Source of the DNA: Candidatus Omnitrophota bacterium
GTDB taxonomy: Bacteria; Ratteibacteria; UBA8468; MWAK01
NCBI GenBank assembly: GCA_043826355.1
Contig: JBDRQI010000007.1
Coordinates: 1 to 47,462 of the forward strand
Length of the DNA stretch: 47,462 nucleotides
Reading direction: 5' to 3'
Part shown: positions 1-8,381 of the stretch, one piece after another
Layout of the letters: each line of letters begins with the position of its first letter
Position numbering within the stretch: the stretch's first letter is position 1
Program-made: the position numbers and the translations under genes
Notes under the pieces: model-generated
Database searches by the model: none
What the model was told of the DNA's origin: nothing
The model's input: only the letters and a program-made list of their open reading frames with translations

Positions 1-829
1 TGGCTAAAGGAGCCGGCAACTCAAGCTTCACGTAGCCCTTTTCAAAACAGACCAGCGCCGATTCCTGCCAGTCGAGCGTTGTCTGGTACGGGGTCATCTC
101 AATTGTGCCGGTAATCCCGCTCCGGCTCTCCGCCACAAACAGCACGCCGGCCTTGTCCGCAAAGACCACCCGGTACGGTTCACCCAGCAAATAGCGCATC
201 AGATTAACCTGGTGGATGTAGTAGTTTACGAATTCAATATACGCCGAATCAAACCCGGGTACCCGGACATCGTGCGGCAAGTCCGGAACTTCCTCTCCGG
301 TCTGCACTATATCCGCGAAACCGTTCGCAACCCAGTCGCCGGCCGGCATCAGGATACGTATGTATTTGAGTTTACCAATCTCGCCGGAAACTTTGAGTTT
401 TTCGATTGTGTCTTTTGCGTACATCGTGGCCGGGTCGCTGCGTTTGTGGTAACCAACCATGTGCCACGAACCGCCGGTCTTCAGCGCGGCCAGCATCGTT
501 TCACCGACTTCCACGGACGCCGCCAGCGGTTTTTCCGTAAAGACCGGTATGCCTGCTTTATAGAGCGGCGCCACAACTTGCCCGTGCCGGTCAAATGGCT
601 GCGAAGCGACGATACCGTCCAGATTCTCCTTCGCCAGCATCTCTTCGGCGCCGGCGTATGTGCGCGGCACACCGTACTTCCGGGCGACGGCCTCGCGTAA
701 TTTCGGCCGTAGTTCGGCAATCGCCGCAACCTCACATTCCGGGACGGTCGCATAGTTCTTCAAATGGGCACACTGACCCATATAGCCGACGCCGACAAAC
801 CCGATGCGCACTTTTTTTTTCTGCGCCAT
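1..829 (-). CDS. Gfo/Idh/MocA family oxidoreductase (3' end runs off window)
   Basis: Not in the ORF track. Manual translation from ATG at 829 gives MAQKKKVRIGFVGVGYMGQCAHLKNY (Rossmann GxGxxG); an EKP motif follows; GGAGG SD upstream. Confidence 0.85.
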   Translation of the reverse strand, partial: MAQKKKVRIGFVGVGYMGQCAHLKNYATVPECEVAAIAELRPKLREAVARKYGVPRTYAGAEEMLAKENLDGIVASQPFDRHGQVVAPLYKAGIPVFTEKPLAASVEVGETMLAALKTGGSWHMVGYHKRSDPATMYAKDTIEKLKVSGEIGKLKYIRILMPAGDWVANGFADIVQTGEEVPDLPHDVRVPGFDSAYIEFVNYYIHQVNLMRYLLGEPYRVVFADKAGVLFVAESRSGITGTIEMTPYQTTLDWQESALVCFEKGYVKLELPAPLA

Positions 830-851
830 ATTTCCTCCAAAAATACAGTTT

Positions 852-2291
852 TTATACCTTTCGCACCGCCAAGTCAGTAAACCGGTGCACTATGGCCAGG
901 GCGGGGTCAAGAGGAACATCCACGCGTTTTAAGTTTTCCGGTAGATTGATGATTGGGACGGATTTGAGTTTTTTGCCCTTAAATTGTGGGAGCCACCGGG
1001 TCTCTGCCTTAAGCATTTCACCGGTCATATCACGCGCTTCTTTCAGAGTACATCGTGTACTCGTCAGGGGGTCCATGGCCATGGCCTGCATAACATACTC
1101 CGGGTCTCCCGTAAGACCCGCCTCAACGGCAAGCGTCTGCACCGTGACGTTGCTTTGATTCAAAGCGGCACATTGTGGAGGGATACTACCCACACGCACG
1201 GGCCGGATTCCCTGCTTATCTACGAATATCGGAACCTCCACGCAACAACCTTTCGGCAGGTTTTCAATATACCCGGCATTGCGCACGTTTCCGTTCAAAC
1301 GGAAGGGCCGGTCGGTTTCATGTGCCTCCAAAATGTAAGAACAGTATTCCATGCTCCGGCCGGCCAGTTTCATGGTTTCGCCGTCGAGATAATTAACATT
1401 TTTGTATTTTTGGTCAAGCATGGCGCAGTACTTGTAATATGCGCCGCTTTCACCTCCGAAACCGGGTTCATCGCAGTATAGTTTCAAAGCCCGTTCCGAA
1501 GAGCGGAACCAGGGAACATATTCGGACAGATGGCCGGTGGACTCGGTCATGAAATAACCGAAATGCCTCATTACCTCGCCGCGAACCTTCTCGTTAACAT
1601 AGTATTCCGGCTTTTCCATGTTCCGGCGCAGGGCCGGGTAAATATCCCTCCCGGTCTGTTTTTCTTTCAGGAAAAGGAACCACGCCATGTGGTTAATACC
1701 CGCGCACAGGAAATCAATCTGCTCTTTGGGTATATTTACATACCGGCTGATAAGGTCAAGCGTGGTCTGAACACCGTGGCATAAACCTACAAACTGTAGT
1801 CCCTTTGAAATTTTTCCGAGGGCATGACAGCAGGCACCCATCGGATTGGCATAATTTAAAAGAAGCGCCTCCGGACAGAATTCTTCCATATCTTTCACTA
1901 TCTCCGCCAGAACCGGTATCGTCCGTAATCCACGAAAAACGCCGCCCGGGCCGAGCGAATCACCGATACACTGGTCAACCCCATACTTAAGCGGTATTTC
2001 GTAGTCCATCTTGAAAGCGTCAACCCCGCCTACCTGAATCATGCAAATAATATAATCCGCGCCTTTGAGCGCCTCCCTGCGGTCCAAAGTCTGCCAGACC
2101 TCCGCCGGCAGTCCATTTTCTTTAATCACTTTTTTCAGAAAACTTTCCATCCGGTCGAGTTTTGGCTTCGTGCGGCTCATAAGCCGGATTTCGCTCCCTC
2201 TTAGCGCCTCGGTAGCCAGAATATCCATCGCCAGGGTCTTACAGAAAATGAGGCTGCCGGCACCGATCATGGCAATTTTCGGCCTTCCCAT
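852..2291 (-). CDS. GH4 family NAD+-dependent alpha-galactosidase/alpha-glucosidase (MelA-like)
   Basis: N-terminal IAMIGAGS, GPGG..RGLRTIP, NYANP and the GH4 GLCHG motif; 479 aa. Confidence 0.9.
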   Translation of the reverse strand: MGRPKIAMIGAGSLIFCKTLAMDILATEALRGSEIRLMSRTKPKLDRMESFLKKVIKENGLPAEVWQTLDRREALKGADYIICMIQVGGVDAFKMDYEIPLKYGVDQCIGDSLGPGGVFRGLRTIPVLAEIVKDMEEFCPEALLLNYANPMGACCHALGKISKGLQFVGLCHGVQTTLDLISRYVNIPKEQIDFLCAGINHMAWFLFLKEKQTGRDIYPALRRNMEKPEYYVNEKVRGEVMRHFGYFMTESTGHLSEYVPWFRSSERALKLYCDEPGFGGESGAYYKYCAMLDQKYKNVNYLDGETMKLAGRSMEYCSYILEAHETDRPFRLNGNVRNAGYIENLPKGCCVEVPIFVDKQGIRPVRVGSIPPQCAALNQSNVTVQTLAVEAGLTGDPEYVMQAMAMDPLTSTRCTLKEARDMTGEMLKAETRWLPQFKGKKLKSVPIINLPENLKRVDVPLDPALAIVHRFTDLAVRKV

Positions 2292-2389
2292 ATCATGCCT
2301 CCCGTGTTATCAGATAACCTGCTATTTCCTTAAAATTCGGAATAAGCGGCAAACCCACAACATTAACAAATTTATCCTATTTTGTGTAT

Positions 2390-2417
2390 TTTATAATCGG
2401 ATATGTTATACTGTCAA
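2390..2417 (-). promoter_or_regulatory. Candidate sigma70 promoter for the GH4 operon
   Basis: TTGACA-N16-TATAAA on the minus strand in the AT-rich divergent spacer. Confidence 0.45.
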
Positions 2418-2458
2418 TGGTTTTGGTTGCTTTGTTTTTATCCTAAATTGCGCTTTAT

Positions 2459-3196
2459 ATGATGAAGAAAAATGAAGACGCTACGCTTCTTGGCGTAGGA
2501 CACATCATGCCCAACCCTGGCTGGCACATGGACGGTCACCACCACAGTTTCCACGAAATTATTGTCGTAGTTCGTGGAAAAATTCAGGTAATAATGGACG
2601 GCGCACGTTTTACCGGTGTGCCCGGAGACGTCTTTTTTTACCGGGCAGGAGTAGTTCACCAAGAGTCTTCCTACCGGGACAATCCCGTAGAAACATGGTA
2701 CATTGCTTTCAACGGAAAAACCGGATTGAAATCTTTGCCCGCGCGGGTACGGGACGAAGCAGGCCGCATCCGCGAAATGGCAAGATGGCTCTATGAAGAA
2801 TGGACGGTCGGTCCATCCGGCGGCGGGTTGCAAAACGCTTTAATGCGGGCAATTTTTGCCGAACGGGAACGGCTGAAGACCTTTCCGGAAAGCGCAATGG
2901 TTAAACGCGTGCGCGACCGCATGGCAGGACAAATAGACCGGAAGGTTACACTTGACGAACTGGCAAATACGGCAGAATTGAGCAAGTATCATTTCGTGAG
3001 AACTTACCGCAGGCTTACGGGCCGTACACCCATGAAAGACCTGCAGTCAATGCGCGTAAAACACGCCCGCTACCTTATCCTCTCAACAAACCTTTCCCAG
3101 GCAGAAATAGCGAGTCAGAGCGGTCTTGGGGATGTATATTATCTGTCGCGGGTCTTTCACCGTCACTTCGGAATAAGTCCGGGTGCACTGCGTTAA
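2459..3196 (+). CDS. AraC family transcriptional regulator (cupin + double HTH)
   Basis: HHHSFHE cupin motif; LSKYHFVRTYRRLTG and YLSRVFHRHFGISP HTH signatures; divergent from the GH4 gene. Confidence 0.9.
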   Translation: MMKKNEDATLLGVGHIMPNPGWHMDGHHHSFHEIIVVVRGKIQVIMDGARFTGVPGDVFFYRAGVVHQESSYRDNPVETWYIAFNGKTGLKSLPARVRDEAGRIREMARWLYEEWTVGPSGGGLQNALMRAIFAERERLKTFPESAMVKRVRDRMAGQIDRKVTLDELANTAELSKYHFVRTYRRLTGRTPMKDLQSMRVKHARYLILSTNLSQAEIASQSGLGDVYYLSRVFHRHFGISPGALR

Positions 3197-3199
3197 TAC

Positions 3200-3237
3200 G
3201 AGATTGCGAGTCCGCCATAGGCGGACTCGCAATGACA
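3200..3237. repeat. TGACA-ended REP-like palindrome (14-bp perfect stem)
   Basis: ATTGCGAGTCCGCC-ATA-GGCGGACTCGCAAT at 3203-3233, between convergent genes; related to 22267-22305 and 37407-37440. It may also act as a terminator. Confidence 0.8.
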
Positions 3238-3312
3238 ACCCCTCACCTTTATCCTCTCCCCTCAGGGGAGAGGAATTTTGGGATATTGACTCTCCCGCAA
3301 AGGGAAGGGAAT
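3238..3312. repeat. Two CCCTC(T/C)CCC..GGGAGAGG-type palindromic repeats overlapping the MFS 3' end
   Basis: TCCTCTCCCC-TCA-GGGGAGAGGA and CTCTCCCGCAAAGGGAAGGG; same family as 7287-7325 and 17877-17912. Confidence 0.75.
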
Positions 3313-4482
3313 TCTTATTCTCAGGACGGAGAAGAAGTTGGCAACCGCAATCAACGCACCGAGCACAAAAACATACTGATAGCCAAGCTTAAACCAGATT
3401 ATCCCGCTCAGCAAAGCAACGGAAATGGAAAAAAAGTGTTCAATCGTCGTGCCCATATTCAAAGTCGGGGTCACGTGTTCCGGCTGCACCGCAATCTTCT
3501 TCAGATAAGTTGCCCGTGCCATACTGACCGAAATAAGCATACCGTCCAGAATGAAACACGCAGCCGCCATCAGAAAAGCGGTGTTGCCGTGAAAAATTAT
3601 TTTAGAAAACCCGTAACCAAGACAGACAAAGACCAGGACCACCGCTTCCACGGCCAGAACCACCCTTTCACCTAACCGATCTACCGCACGCCCTAAAATC
3701 GGCTGAAAAACGATACCGACAACCCCGCAAATGGTCAGGAGCTTTGCCAGCATCTGGGTCGGCGCTTTAAATATGGTAACCAGGACCCACGGAGCAAAGG
3801 TAAGAAATATCTGCTTCCTGGTTCCGTACAGGATATTCAGCCAATAAAAAAGTCGGTATTCTTTGTGCAGTTTAAGGCGCAACTTGAGATGCTGCGGCTT
3901 GTCCGGTTTCATAAAAAAGAGCAGAACGGCTGCGCCGAACGCAACACCGGCTGCAATTAAAAACGCACTGAGAAAATTAAAATGAAGATAACTGAATCCC
4001 AGAAAGACCGTAAAACTGCCCAAGATTGCGGCAAAATTAGTGACGCCGCTGAACTGACCCAGGCGTTTGCCGACCGCTCCTTCCCGGGCCAAACTCATTC
4101 CGATGCTGAAGTTTAAAGGAAGAAAAATATGCTGTCCCAAACTGAAAATGAAGAGCCAGGCAAGCATAAAGGAAAGTTGCGGGGAAAAAGAACCGATAAG
4201 GATAAGACCGAAACCCTGAAGCAGGAGGGCCAGAACCGCCAGGCGCCGGCTGCACATAAAAAACAGGAAGGCGGAAACGAATACCACCAGAAAGCCGGGC
4301 AGTTCCCGGGGCAATTCCAGAAAAGACCTCTGCAAACTGCTGATTCCAAAAGTGTCGTTCAAGAAGTTGTTGAAGACGGAATTAAAAACCGCCTGACTAA
4401 AACCAATAAGCGCAATCGCCCCCAGAAAAAGGCGGATATCCGGCGAAATCTTCAAAACCCGTTGTTTCAACTTTTTAAACAT
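3262..4482 (-). CDS. MFS transporter
   Basis: About 12 hydrophobic segments; motif A-like GRAVDRLGER; 406 aa. Confidence 0.85.
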   Translation of the reverse strand: MFKKLKQRVLKISPDIRLFLGAIALIGFSQAVFNSVFNNFLNDTFGISSLQRSFLELPRELPGFLVVFVSAFLFFMCSRRLAVLALLLQGFGLILIGSFSPQLSFMLAWLFIFSLGQHIFLPLNFSIGMSLAREGAVGKRLGQFSGVTNFAAILGSFTVFLGFSYLHFNFLSAFLIAAGVAFGAAVLLFFMKPDKPQHLKLRLKLHKEYRLFYWLNILYGTRKQIFLTFAPWVLVTIFKAPTQMLAKLLTICGVVGIVFQPILGRAVDRLGERVVLAVEAVVLVFVCLGYGFSKIIFHGNTAFLMAAACFILDGMLISVSMARATYLKKIAVQPEHVTPTLNMGTTIEHFFSISVALLSGIIWFKLGYQYVFVLGALIAVANFFSVLRIRIPFPLRESQYPKIPLP

Positions 4483-4531
4483 TCCCTATAAAATATTTGC
4501 AAATAATTAAAAAAAACGCTTTCATTCTGAA

Positions 4532-4686
4532 GCGTTTGAAAAAAGGTTGAACGGGCGTTCGGAGGAAGGAGCGGGCACGGTGTCCCGTAAAGCAACTGCT
4601 TCTACGGGACGAGCGACGAACTCCGTCGAGCACAGTCAGCCACGCCGGGGCTGACAAGCGTCCCGAGAAACTTTGTTTTCAAACGC
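4532..4686. mobile_element. Candidate MITE/structured element with 11-bp terminal inverted repeats
   Basis: GCGTTTGAAAA (4532-4542) and TTTTCAAACGC (4676-4686) enclose further hairpins (GTCCCGTA..TACGGGAC, GTCAGCC..GGCTGAC); no credible ORF. Confidence 0.55.
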
Positions 4687-4701
4687 GGCTTCTCACGCAA
4701 G

Positions 4702-5721
4702 CTACTCAATGCTACGCAAATACTCCGCCGCATCCTCAGGCGGGGTGGGGTTGATGTAAAAACCGGTTCCCCACTCAAAACCCGCGATTCCGGTAACCCG
4801 GGGAATAATCTCCAGATGCCAGTGATAATCCTTGTCTATCGTCTGCCAGTAACCGGGCCGGGGTACCCGGTTGGGCGCAGTATGGATGAGATAATTATAA
4901 GGCGGTTTATCCAGCGCCTGGTTAATCCGGTAGAGGGTCTTCTTTAGAGTTGCGGCCAGGTCCTTTCGTTCTGCCTCGGTCATCTGGTCAAAGTCCGGGT
5001 GGTGCCTCCTGGGTACAATCCAGGTTTCAAAGGGAAAACAAGCGGCAAAAGGAGAAAGAACCAGAAAATCACGGCTTTCCTGAATGAGCCGTTTCCCGGA
5101 GTCAAGCTCCTGCTCAATGATATCACAAAAGATGCAGCGCTCCTTTAACTGGTAATGCTGTGCTGCTCCGAACAACCCCTCCCGGACCCGTTTTGGGGTT
5201 ACCGGAGTGGCGATAAGTTGAGAATGGCTGTGCTCCAGCGAAGCGCCGGCGCCTTCACCGCAGTTTTTGAAGATGAGAACATAACGAAAGCGGGGGTCCT
5301 TCTTCAGGTCCAGGGAACGCATCTGGTAAGACAGAATTACTTCGGCAATCTCACTTTCCGAAAGTTCCGCAATATCGATGATGTGCCGGGTACTCTCTAC
5401 GATTACTTCATGCGCTCCGACGCCGTTCATCTGGTCAAACATTCCGATGCCTTTGCGGCTCAGGTCTCCTTCAATGGCCAGAGCCGGGTACTTGTTCGGA
5501 ACCACCCGCAACCACCAGCCGGGTTCGTTTGCCCTGGTGCCGGCCTTGCGGAAAGAAAGAATTTCCGGAGGTGTTTTAGATTCGCTTCCCTCGCAAAAAG
5601 GACAGAAACCTCCCTTTGCCTCGCCTCTCTTTTCAAAAACAAAATCATTGGGACGGCGGGCCCGCTCGGTGGAAATTATCACCCAGCGGTTGACGATCGG
5701 GTCTCTTCGTAATTGCGGCAT
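4702..5721 (-). CDS. galT: Galactose-1-phosphate uridylyltransferase
   Basis: MPQLRRDP start with AAGGAG SD; CPFC, VVPNKYPAL, and catalytic GASLEHSHSQ (HxHxQ). Confidence 0.92.
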   Translation of the reverse strand: MPQLRRDPIVNRWVIISTERARRPNDFVFEKRGEAKGGFCPFCEGSESKTPPEILSFRKAGTRANEPGWWLRVVPNKYPALAIEGDLSRKGIGMFDQMNGVGAHEVIVESTRHIIDIAELSESEIAEVILSYQMRSLDLKKDPRFRYVLIFKNCGEGAGASLEHSHSQLIATPVTPKRVREGLFGAAQHYQLKERCIFCDIIEQELDSGKRLIQESRDFLVLSPFAACFPFETWIVPRRHHPDFDQMTEAERKDLAATLKKTLYRINQALDKPPYNYLIHTAPNRVPRPGYWQTIDKDYHWHLEIIPRVTGIAGFEWGTGFYINPTPPEDAAEYLRSIE

Positions 5722-5740
5722 AGTAATCTCCTTTAAAAAA

Positions 5741-5850
5741 TCAGTATATAGTATACAGTAGACGGGTATACAGGGAAAAACAAATACAAAATACATCAAT
5801 TCCGTCCTTGCTTTCCCCTGTTCTACTGTCTACCGTATACTGTCTGCTAT
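5741..5850. repeat. Pair of inverted heptamer tandem arrays (consensus ACAGTA[G/T])
   Basis: TCAGTAT ATAGTAT ACAGTAG ACGGGTAT, a spacer of about 50 nt, then CTACTGT CTACCGT ATACTGT CTGCTAT. Confidence 0.7.
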
Positions 5851-7289
5851 CCTCTTGATGATTCCCTTTCTAAGTGATGGGCTAAGCACAAAACCCGTTC
5901 CTCGGCAAAAGCCGGACCCAGTATCTGCAGACCGACCGGCAGGTTATCGCGCACAGACCCCACCGGCAGGTTCAGCCCCGGAATCCCGGCCAGGTTGGCA
6001 GAAACGGTGAAGATATCCGACAGGTACATCTGGAGCGGGTCAATAACTTTTTCGCCGATTTTGAAAGGGGGCGTCGGAGAAGTAGGCGTAAATATCAAAT
6101 CCACTTCCTTAAAGGCTTGTTCGAAATCCCGGCGAATAAGCGTGCGTACTTTCTGAGCTTTACGGTAATAAGCCTCGTAATATCCGGAAGAAAGAACGAA
6201 AGTTCCCAGGATTATGCGGCGCTTGGTCTCCCGGCCAAAACCTTCGTCACGGCTCTCTTCATATAACCGGCGCATCGTCCCGGTCCCTGCTTTCCGATGT
6301 CCATAGCGAACACCGTCAAAGCGGGCCAGGTTGGCGCTGGCTTCCGCGGTCGCCAGGATATAGTACGTGGCAATCGCATAGGTGGTGTGCGGCAGAGAAA
6401 TATCCCGGATTTCAACGCCTAATTTTTTAACTGTTTTGATGGCTTCATCAATCTTTTTGGCTACATCGCCCTCCAGGCCTTTTCCAAAATATTCCCTGGG
6501 CAGGCCGACTTTCAACCCGGAGACCGGTCCGGAAAGAAGTACCGGATAATCCGGCACCGGAACTTTAGTGCAGGTAGAATCAGACGGGTCAAAACCGGCA
6601 ATTTCTTTAAGAATGATTGCGACGTCTTCCACGGTTTTGGCAAACGGACCAATCTGGTCTAAAGAAGAAGCAAATGCAACCAGTCCGTAGCGAGACACCC
6701 GGCCATAAGTGGGTTTCAGACCGACCACGCCGCAAAAGGAAGCCGGCTGGCGGATGGAACCGCCGGTGTCCGAACCAAGGCTGGCGCAGGCAAAATCAGC
6801 CGCTACTGCGGCCGCAGACCCGCCGCTGCTTCCGCCCGGAACATAATCCGGGTTTGCCGGGTTGCGGGTTGCTCCAAAAGCGGAATTTTCGGTTGAAGAA
6901 CCAAAAGCAAATTCATCCAGGTTAGTTTTGCCTAAAAAAACCGTGTCCTTCGCTTTTAGTTTTTTAATTACGGTGGCGTCGTACGGAGAAGTGAAATTTT
7001 TCAGAATACGGGAGGCACAGGTTGTCTTCGTTCCTTCCTGGCAGATATTATCCTTGATGGCCAGCGGGATTCCGGCCAGGACAGAGAGGTCTTCACCTTC
7101 GGCAATCCGCCGGTCAACGTTCTTCGCCTGACGGAGCGCCGCTGCCTCACCCAAAAAAAGGAAAGCGTGAATTGAGCTATCCTTTTCTTTTATCCGATCG
7201 TAAAAATCAATGACGGTTTCGGTCACCGAAACTTTTTTCTGCCGGTAGAGCCCCGCCAGTTTTTTAATGGTCATGTTCTTAAGGTCCAC
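5847..7289 (-). CDS. gatA: Asp/Glu-tRNA amidotransferase subunit A
   Basis: Amidase signature IAIKDNI-like (LAIKDNI), GKTNLDEFAFGSS, PGGSSGGS, GSDTGGSIRQP. Likely start is GTG 7289 (MDLKNMTI) or ATG 7274, not 7520. Confidence 0.93.
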   Translation of the reverse strand: MDLKNMTIKKLAGLYRQKKVSVTETVIDFYDRIKEKDSSIHAFLFLGEAAALRQAKNVDRRIAEGEDLSVLAGIPLAIKDNICQEGTKTTCASRILKNFTSPYDATVIKKLKAKDTVFLGKTNLDEFAFGSSTENSAFGATRNPANPDYVPGGSSGGSAAAVAADFACASLGSDTGGSIRQPASFCGVVGLKPTYGRVSRYGLVAFASSLDQIGPFAKTVEDVAIILKEIAGFDPSDSTCTKVPVPDYPVLLSGPVSGLKVGLPREYFGKGLEGDVAKKIDEAIKTVKKLGVEIRDISLPHTTYAIATYYILATAEASANLARFDGVRYGHRKAGTGTMRRLYEESRDEGFGRETKRRIILGTFVLSSGYYEAYYRKAQKVRTLIRRDFEQAFKEVDLIFTPTSPTPPFKIGEKVIDPLQMYLSDIFTVSANLAGIPGLNLPVGSVRDNLPVGLQILGPAFAEERVLCLAHHLERESSRG

Positions 7290-8004
7290 CCCCTCCACCT
7301 CGCCTTCCCCGCAAGGGGGGAGGAAATTTTTCTTGATGTTTTTTCCACAAGTCGGGACGTAATCTCTTCGTTCTCTCTTCGGCCGTCTTTTGCCTCCAGG
7401 CAGCGATTTTCTTGTGGTCCCCGGAAAGCAGAATTTCCGGCACTCCGATTCCCCGCCACCGGGCCGGCCGGGTATAGTGCGGCCAATCCAGAAGATTGCC
7501 GCTAAACGAATCCTGCTCAACTGCGCCTTCCGGCAGGACGCCCGGCAAAAGACGCGTCACCGCATCAACCACCACCAGGGCGGCCGGCTCTCCGCCGGAA
7601 AGAACGTAATCGCCGATTGAAATCTGCCGGTCGCACAGGTCTATAACCCGCTCATCCATCCCTTCGTAATGGCCGCAAATTAAAATAAGCCCTTTCTTCC
7701 TGGAAAGTTTTCGCACCAGGGACTGGTCCAAAACCGGGCCGGCCGGTGAAAGCAAAATTATTTCTGCTTTCAGATTATCTTCCCGCACTTTTTCAAGCGC
7801 TTTGGCAACCGGACCGACCATCATCACCATTCCCACACCACCGCCGAATGACTTATCGTCAACTTTCCGGTGGCGGTCAGTCGTAAAATCGCGCAGATTA
7901 TGAACCTGCAGTTCCAAAATTCCCGCTTCTCTGGCCCGGCCGATAATACTTAAATCCAGAGGTGAAAACGCCTCCGGAAATATGGTAATAATGTCTATCC
8001 TCAT
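7279..8004 (-). CDS. trmD: tRNA (guanine37-N1)-methyltransferase
   Basis: MRIDIITIFP, LICGHYEGMDERV, SIGDYVLSGGE, PHYTRP. Confidence 0.95.
   Translation of the reverse strand: MRIDIITIFPEAFSPLDLSIIGRAREAGILELQVHNLRDFTTDRHRKVDDKSFGGGVGMVMMVGPVAKALEKVREDNLKAEIILLSPAGPVLDQSLVRKLSRKKGLILICGHYEGMDERVIDLCDRQISIGDYVLSGGEPAALVVVDAVTRLLPGVLPEGAVEQDSFSGNLLDWPHYTRPARWRGIGVPEILLSGDHKKIAAWRQKTAEERTKRLRPDLWKKHQEKFPPPLRGRRGGGGGP
7287..7325. repeat. CCTCCCC..GGGGAGG-type palindromic repeat at the trmD/gatA junction
   Basis: CACCCCCTCCACCTCGCCTTCCCCGCAAGGGGGGAGGAA; similar to 3238-3275 and 17877-17912. Confidence 0.7.
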
Positions 8005-8090
8005 AATTGCAGGGATTATGATGATTTAAAACTTAAAGCATTTTTAAGCAATCGCTGGAATCATCATTACCTAATCACTGTGATCGTTTT

Positions 8091-8333
8091 TTAAAGTATC
8101 CCTTTTTGTTTAAAAAGGCTTCTGACCGTATCCGACGGCTGGGCGCCGACCCCTATCCAGTACTTTGCCCGTTCCGCGTTTACCTCCAGGACCTTGGGCT
8201 GCATCCGGTTGTTATAATTCCCCAACAGTTCCAGATAGTCGCCCCGGCCGTCTTTGCGGCTGTCAACCACTATGATGCGATAGCTGGGTTGATTGCGCTT
8301 ACCAACTCTCCTTAATCTGATTTTTGCTGCCAT
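8091..8333 (-). CDS. rpsP: 30S ribosomal protein S16
   Basis: KIRLRRVGKRNQPSYRIIVVDSR...GAQPSDTV; AAGGAG SD. Confidence 0.97.
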   Translation of the reverse strand: MAAKIRLRRVGKRNQPSYRIIVVDSRKDGRGDYLELLGNYNNRMQPKVLEVNAERAKYWIGVGAQPSDTVRSLFKQKGIL

Positions 8334-8345
8334 ATTTTTTCTCCT

Positions 8346-8377
8346 TTGCCCGCCGCAGCCTTTGGCGAAGGCGGGAC
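8346..8377. repeat. CCCGCCGAAGCCTTGGCGAAGGCGGG-type repeat, copy 1
   Basis: Near-identical to 10593-10623 (one substitution, one extra T). Confidence 0.8.
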
Positions 8378-8381
8378 TATC

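Noticed and set aside
812..820. A9 run near the start of the first Gfo/Idh/MocA gene as a phase-variation tract
   Set aside because: It encodes KKK in frame, and Lys-rich N-termini are common in this window.
7290..7520. Long N-terminal extensions given by the ORF track (gatA, galT, kdsB, rsmI, rhaB, Gfo genes, HAD)
   Set aside because: They overlap neighbouring genes, promoters or repeats; family motifs begin at the downstream starts.
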